Source: Squalus acanthias | Lineage: Eukaryota | Length of the DNA: 64,000 nt | Reading direction: 5' to 3' | Assembly (NCBI GenBank): GCA_030390025.1 | Contig: CM059446.1 | Span: 44,082,001-44,146,000 of the forward strand | In this document: piece after piece, positions 59,503 through 64,000 of the stretch | Numbering within the stretch: position 1 is the first letter of the stretch | How the letters are laid out: each line of letters opens with the position of its first letter | Program-made: the position numbers and the translations under genes | Notes under the pieces: generated by a model | What the model was told of the DNA's origin: nothing | What the model saw: the letters and a program-made list of their open reading frames with translations, nothing else | The model's database searches: none

Positions 59503-60599
59503 TTCTCTCTCTCTCTATTTCTCTCTCTCTCTCGCGCCCTCTCCCGTGTGGTCTCTCTCTCGCGCCCTCTCCCGTGTGGTCTCTCTCTCGCGTCTCTCTC
59601 TCGCGGCCTCTCCCGTGTGGTCTCTCTCTCGCGTCTCTCTCTCGCGGCCTCTCCCGTGTGGTCTCTCTCTCGCGCCCTCTCCCGTGGGGTCTCTCTCTCT
59701 CGCGCCCTCTCCCGTGGGGTCTCTCTCTCTCGCGCCCTCTCCCGTGGGGTCTCTCTCTCTCGCGCCCTCTCCCGTGGGGTCTCTCTCTCTCGCGCCCTCT
59801 CCCGTGGGGTCTTTCTCTCTCGCGCCCTCTCCCGTGGGGTCTTTCTCTCTCGCGCCCTCTCCCGTGGGGTCTCTCTCTCTCGCGCCCTCTCCCGTGGGGT
59901 CTCTCTCTCTCGCGCCCTCTCCCGTGGGGTCTCTCTCTCTCGCGCCCTCTCCCGTGGGGTCTCTCTCTCTCTCTCTCGCGCCCTCTCCCGTGGGGTCTCT
60001 CTCTCTCTCTCTCTCGCGCCCTCTCCCGTGGGGTCTCTCTCTCTCTCTCTCGCGCCCTCTCCCGTGGGGTCTCTCTCTCTCTCTCTCGCGCCCTCTCCCG
60101 TGGGGTCTCTCTCTCTCTCTCTCGCGCCCTCTCCCGTGGGGTCTCTCTCTCTCTCTCTCGCGCCCTCTCCCGTGGGGTCTCTCTCTCTCTCTCTCGCGCC
60201 CTCTCCCGTGGGGTCTCTCTCTCTCTCTCTCGCGCCCTCTCCCGTGGGGTCTCTCTCTCTCTCTCTCGCGCCCTCTCCCGTGGGGGTCTCTCTCTCTCTC
60301 TCGCGCCCTCTCCCGTGGGGTCTCTCTCTCTCTCTCGCGCCCTCTCCCGTGGGGTCTCTCTCTCTCTCTCGCGCCCTCTCCCGTGGGGTCTCTCTCTCTC
60401 TCTCGCGCCCTCTCCCGTGGGGTCTCTCTCTCTCTCTCGCGCCCTCTCCCGTGGGGTCTCTCTCTCTCGCGCCCTCTCCCGTGGGGTCTCTCTCTCTCGC
60501 GCCCTCTCCCGTGGGGTCTCTCTCTCTCGCGCCCTCTCCCGTGGGGTCTCTCTCTCTCGCGCCCTCGTTCGTGTGTGTGTGTGCCCTCTCTCGCTCTCT
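59427..60599 (+). repeat. CT-rich minisatellite, unit CGCGCCCTCTCCCGTGGGGT(CT)n, about 28-38 bp
   Basis: Roughly 30 near-identical units grown out of a (CT)n microsatellite; produces spurious 390-470 aa ORFs. Confidence 0.97.
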
Positions 60600-62649
60600 A
60601 TATTACTGGTACTACTGTAGTCAGTGATATTCTGAACATTTCTCCTGTTATAGCTGATCAGCTGCAAATATGCTATCCTAAATCCTCATTGAAATCAGCA
60701 GTCATGCGTAATTTCCCAGGACCTCAAAACAGTGGAGCCCTTTGCCTCACTTGGTTTTATTCTTTTTCCTGCAATCTTCAGGCATTTGAAATGCAATAAG
60801 GTTGAAAACCGTAAAATAGGTTACTTGTTATCTATTCGTAGATAAGCTTATCAATAGGTTGGAGCAAAGTACTTTTAGGACTACGTGAACCTGTATTGTG
60901 GTTGTGTATTTCTCTTTTTGTAGTTATGTTTCACGTAGAATTTCAATGCAGTTCAGCAAATCTGTAGAATAATCATACAGTACAAGACAAAAAGAAATTA
61001 ACAGCATATGAAGCTTTAATGCTGCACCACATCTGCAGTGAGTGCAGTATGATTGTTTAGCTGTGACCACTTCAGATGTGGGCAAAATATTGAATTTATG
61101 ATGGGCATTCAAGTTTGAATAAGTTGTCTGTATAACTGAAGATACTTTGACTTGAGTAATGTATTTTGACAACCCTGTCATATAGATAGCTCTGACTTAA
61201 ATCTATTTTCCAAGTAAATTAACTGTCTGGTTGAAGATGGCACTGAACATTCAACCAATTAGTCTAGCGATCTTTACAGATAAGAACCAGTATATATTGA
61301 GTAACATTAATGCATCTTTATTCATTAGGTGTAGTTCATACCTGTTCAACAGATTAATTGCATCCAGTGAGAAATGTTTTTCCTTTCAAATTAGGAATAT
61401 AAGAAAAAACATGTAATCTCATCGGCAATCTTTTTCACCTCTATCCCCCTCTTTCTTTTCTCTCTCTATCTCTCTCACACACGCATTCTCTCCCCCCCCC
61501 CGGCCTTTTCTATTGACAACTATGTAATACTTGTTCCTGTGTAGTTATTCTGTACATAGATTTGTTTTTTACGTTCAGTGATATTCAGACTACTAACTGG
61601 ATGCCCCTTGGCCAGATGATTTAAAATTGTTTTGAAATTTTGTGTAGGGAAATCGGACTTTAAAAATGTAATAATGCTTAAATGTATTGGCTCAACGTTT
61701 TATTTGGCTTTGTTTCATTGTAATGCCCTTTTTAGGAGAGAACATGTTGTAAATAACCCTTTGACCTAAGCAGGGGAAAAACAGATTTAAGTTGTTACCC
61801 TTAGGGTGGAGTGTTGAGGTGAAGTGGTTTCACTTAGATTTGAAAGTGGCAGCATAACTACGGAGTTGAATATGATCTGATTACGAAACATTGAGGCACC
61901 AAGATCTCACGGAGACCATCTTACACCACTTGGGCTTGACATTGTGCAGCGTATAACTCTACTGCAGATAAAGCTGAGTTGGATCTCTTGAGTACTTCAT
62001 GGAATTCTTGGTGTCTTTTTAATGTTTTGAAACAGTGGATGCTCCTGCTTGTGCTCTGAAAAGATTAAAAATTCAACAGCTGGGAAGTAAAGGCCTGCAC
62101 TTGCATGTGTGCATAGAGATCTCATGGTAGACAGTGAGTCGCAGTCTGTTTAACAACTCGAATGTTGCTACCTGCACTTTGTACTTAGCGGTCTGCGTCT
62201 GCTAGCGTATTATAACCACAGCCTTCATTTGAAATTCAAACTGTTTTTCAGAAGTGTGTACCACATGAGTGAAAATGATCAAATTAACAGCAATAATTAG
62301 GTGGCAAGGAAGTGCATTGTTAGGTTGAAGAAGAAACTAGATTTTACGAACTGATAAAATGTGAAGTAATTATTACGATATAAAGGTACTGATTCTATTC
62401 ATTTGATAAAGCTCTGGAGGATACCCCTTAGAAAGTTATTGAATATGATATTCCGCAAGAGAAAGAGATTGCTCGAGTGCCGAGAAACAAAGCTCCTCAG
62501 TTTGTTGTACAAAGCTCCTTCATTATAAAATGAATGTCCTGTTTGATAACTTGTATTCTGTTTTATGTAAATTTTGTGTTCAATTTGTGCTAATTAAACT
62601 TCTGTTGAACCATGAAGGCTTGGTCTGGTAGATGGTGATTTTTCTTGCA

Positions 62650-63550
62650 CGGTACATTACGAAACAGCATCCCAGAATGCTTTGCAACATTTCTTTATAA
62701 AAAATGGTGTTGGCAGGTTGTCATGAGAAAGGAAGGAGCATCTATGTCTTAAGAGTTTCAGTGGTAGTGGTGGTGAGGTTGGGGCAGAGGCTGATGGAAA
62801 TATTTAGTGGCTAGGATGTGGGATTTGAAGATTAACACCTGAGGCAGGACACCACTGGGCTCGGCTTGAATGAGTTACCAAGAAAAGAGATGGTATTGGG
62901 TGCTGAGGGACAGAGATTTTGGCAGGAGCCAAACAGGATGTCTTCGTTTTTGCTGATGTTGAGTTGAAGGAAATTACTGCTCATTCAGGCTTGATGTTGG
63001 CTAAGCATTCAGAAAGCGGTGGTGGTCAAGTGTGGCAGAGATGTAAAACTCGGTGTTGTCTGGATACATGTGAACGCTGGCCCCCTACCTGTGAATGATG
63101 TCACTGAAGCGCAGCATGTAGATGAGAAAAATAGGGGTCAAGGATGGAACTTTGTTTAGTAATGAGCGAAGAAGCTATTACAGGAGATGTGCTGGCTGTG
63201 TTGGGACAGGTAGGAGGGCAACCAAGGTAGTGTAGTGCCACCGGCGTGGACCACACAGAAAGATGGAGTCATTGACTGTCAAAAACTGCAAAGAGGTCAA
63301 AGAGGGATAATGCGCCATGTTGTAGTCGCTAAGGATCTCATTGGTGAATTTGACCAGGGCATTCTCAGTGCCAAGTGCAAATAATGGCAGAGTAGACATA
63401 TTAAGAGTGGTAACGCCATGTTCAGGAATTTAGAGACAAAGCAATAAAATGTAAGATGGACATATTTATAAATGATGGCAAACTTTTGGAGGGATGGGGA
63501 GAGGAGGGCAGCAAAGTCTGATGAAACAGCCAAAGAGCAGTAGGACCTAG
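62650..63550 (-). mobile_element. Old L2-like LINE fragment
   Basis: Minus frames: LGTENALVKFTNEILSD and LSSDFAAL-type L2 RT-like sequence; degenerate. Confidence 0.6.
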
Positions 63551-63639
63551 ACAATATTTACCACTGGGCAGATTTATGGTAGATACTTAATGTAGCCACA
63601 TGCAAGATCTCACACAATGGAGACAGAATGAATGGTCTT

Positions 63640-64000
63640 AATTATTAGGGGAGAGGCTAAAAGACATTTGGGAGTGCTAGTCGGCTTAACCTATACAGTT
63701 ATTGCATAGCAAACAGAATATCGAGCTATATTGACAAATTAATATGTCTGAAGCTGTGTAATGCTTTGGTCTCGATACTGCGTTCAGTTCTGGTCAAGGC
63801 ATAAGAGAAACGTCTAAGCCCTGGACGTGGTGCAGAGAAGGCCCATAATGCTGATCCCAAGGGTTAGAGTATGAGGAAAGGTTAGAAAAACATATAATTG
63901 TCAGCCTTGAAATGAGTGGGACATTATAGAGGTTTCTAAGGTACTGAGTGGAATAGAAAAGGTTAATTCTGAGCACTCTTTCAATTTCAACCACAATTTG
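63640..64000 (+). mobile_element. Degenerate CR1 fragment
   Basis: TACTGCGTTCAGTTCTGGTC...GCCCTGGACGTGGTGCAGAGAAGG...TATGAGGAAAGGTTAGAAAAAC resembles the CR1 ORF2 C-terminus. Confidence 0.65.

Noticed and set aside
59530-60560. CRISPR-like repeat periodicity
   Set aside because: The 'spacers' are only (CT)n, there are no cas genes, and the DNA is eukaryotic.
59374-60799. Four long ORFs (391-467 aa) on both strands
   Set aside because: Artefacts of a minisatellite whose unit contains no stop codons; low-complexity translations.
62251-62386. Possible exon of the + strand gene (tttcag|...aaag|gtactg)
   Set aside because: Contains stops and has no recognisable RNF111 coding similarity; such splice-like pairs are common by chance.

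Overview
Vertebrate genomic DNA. The repeat content (CR1 LINEs with an esterase ORF1, Deu-domain and LF-SINE-like SINEs, Penelope-derived palindromes) points to a cartilaginous fish, most likely a shark. The window holds the MINDY2 - SLTM - (RNF111) block known from human chr15q22. On the + strand are the last two coding exons and long 3' UTR of MINDY2, ending in the CaaX box CILL. On the - strand is a complete 21-coding-exon SLTM gene (SAP domain, RRM, ER-rich coiled coil; about 1061 aa, with all GT-AG junctions traced by hand in consistent phase). A CpG-rich divergent promoter is followed by non-coding first exon(s) and intron 1 of a + strand gene, inferred from synteny alone to be RNF111. 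The introns are full of repeats, including a near full-length antisense CR1, a nested Harbinger-like MITE, Penelope-type palindromes with hammerhead-ribozyme remnants and a 1.1 kb A-free minisatellite. The most interesting unexplained signals are two non-repetitive exon-like segments in SLTM introns (a candidate poison cassette and a candidate intronic-polyA terminal exon) and a MITE with inward-facing 5' splice sites on both strands. All of these are hypotheses from sequence inspection only.
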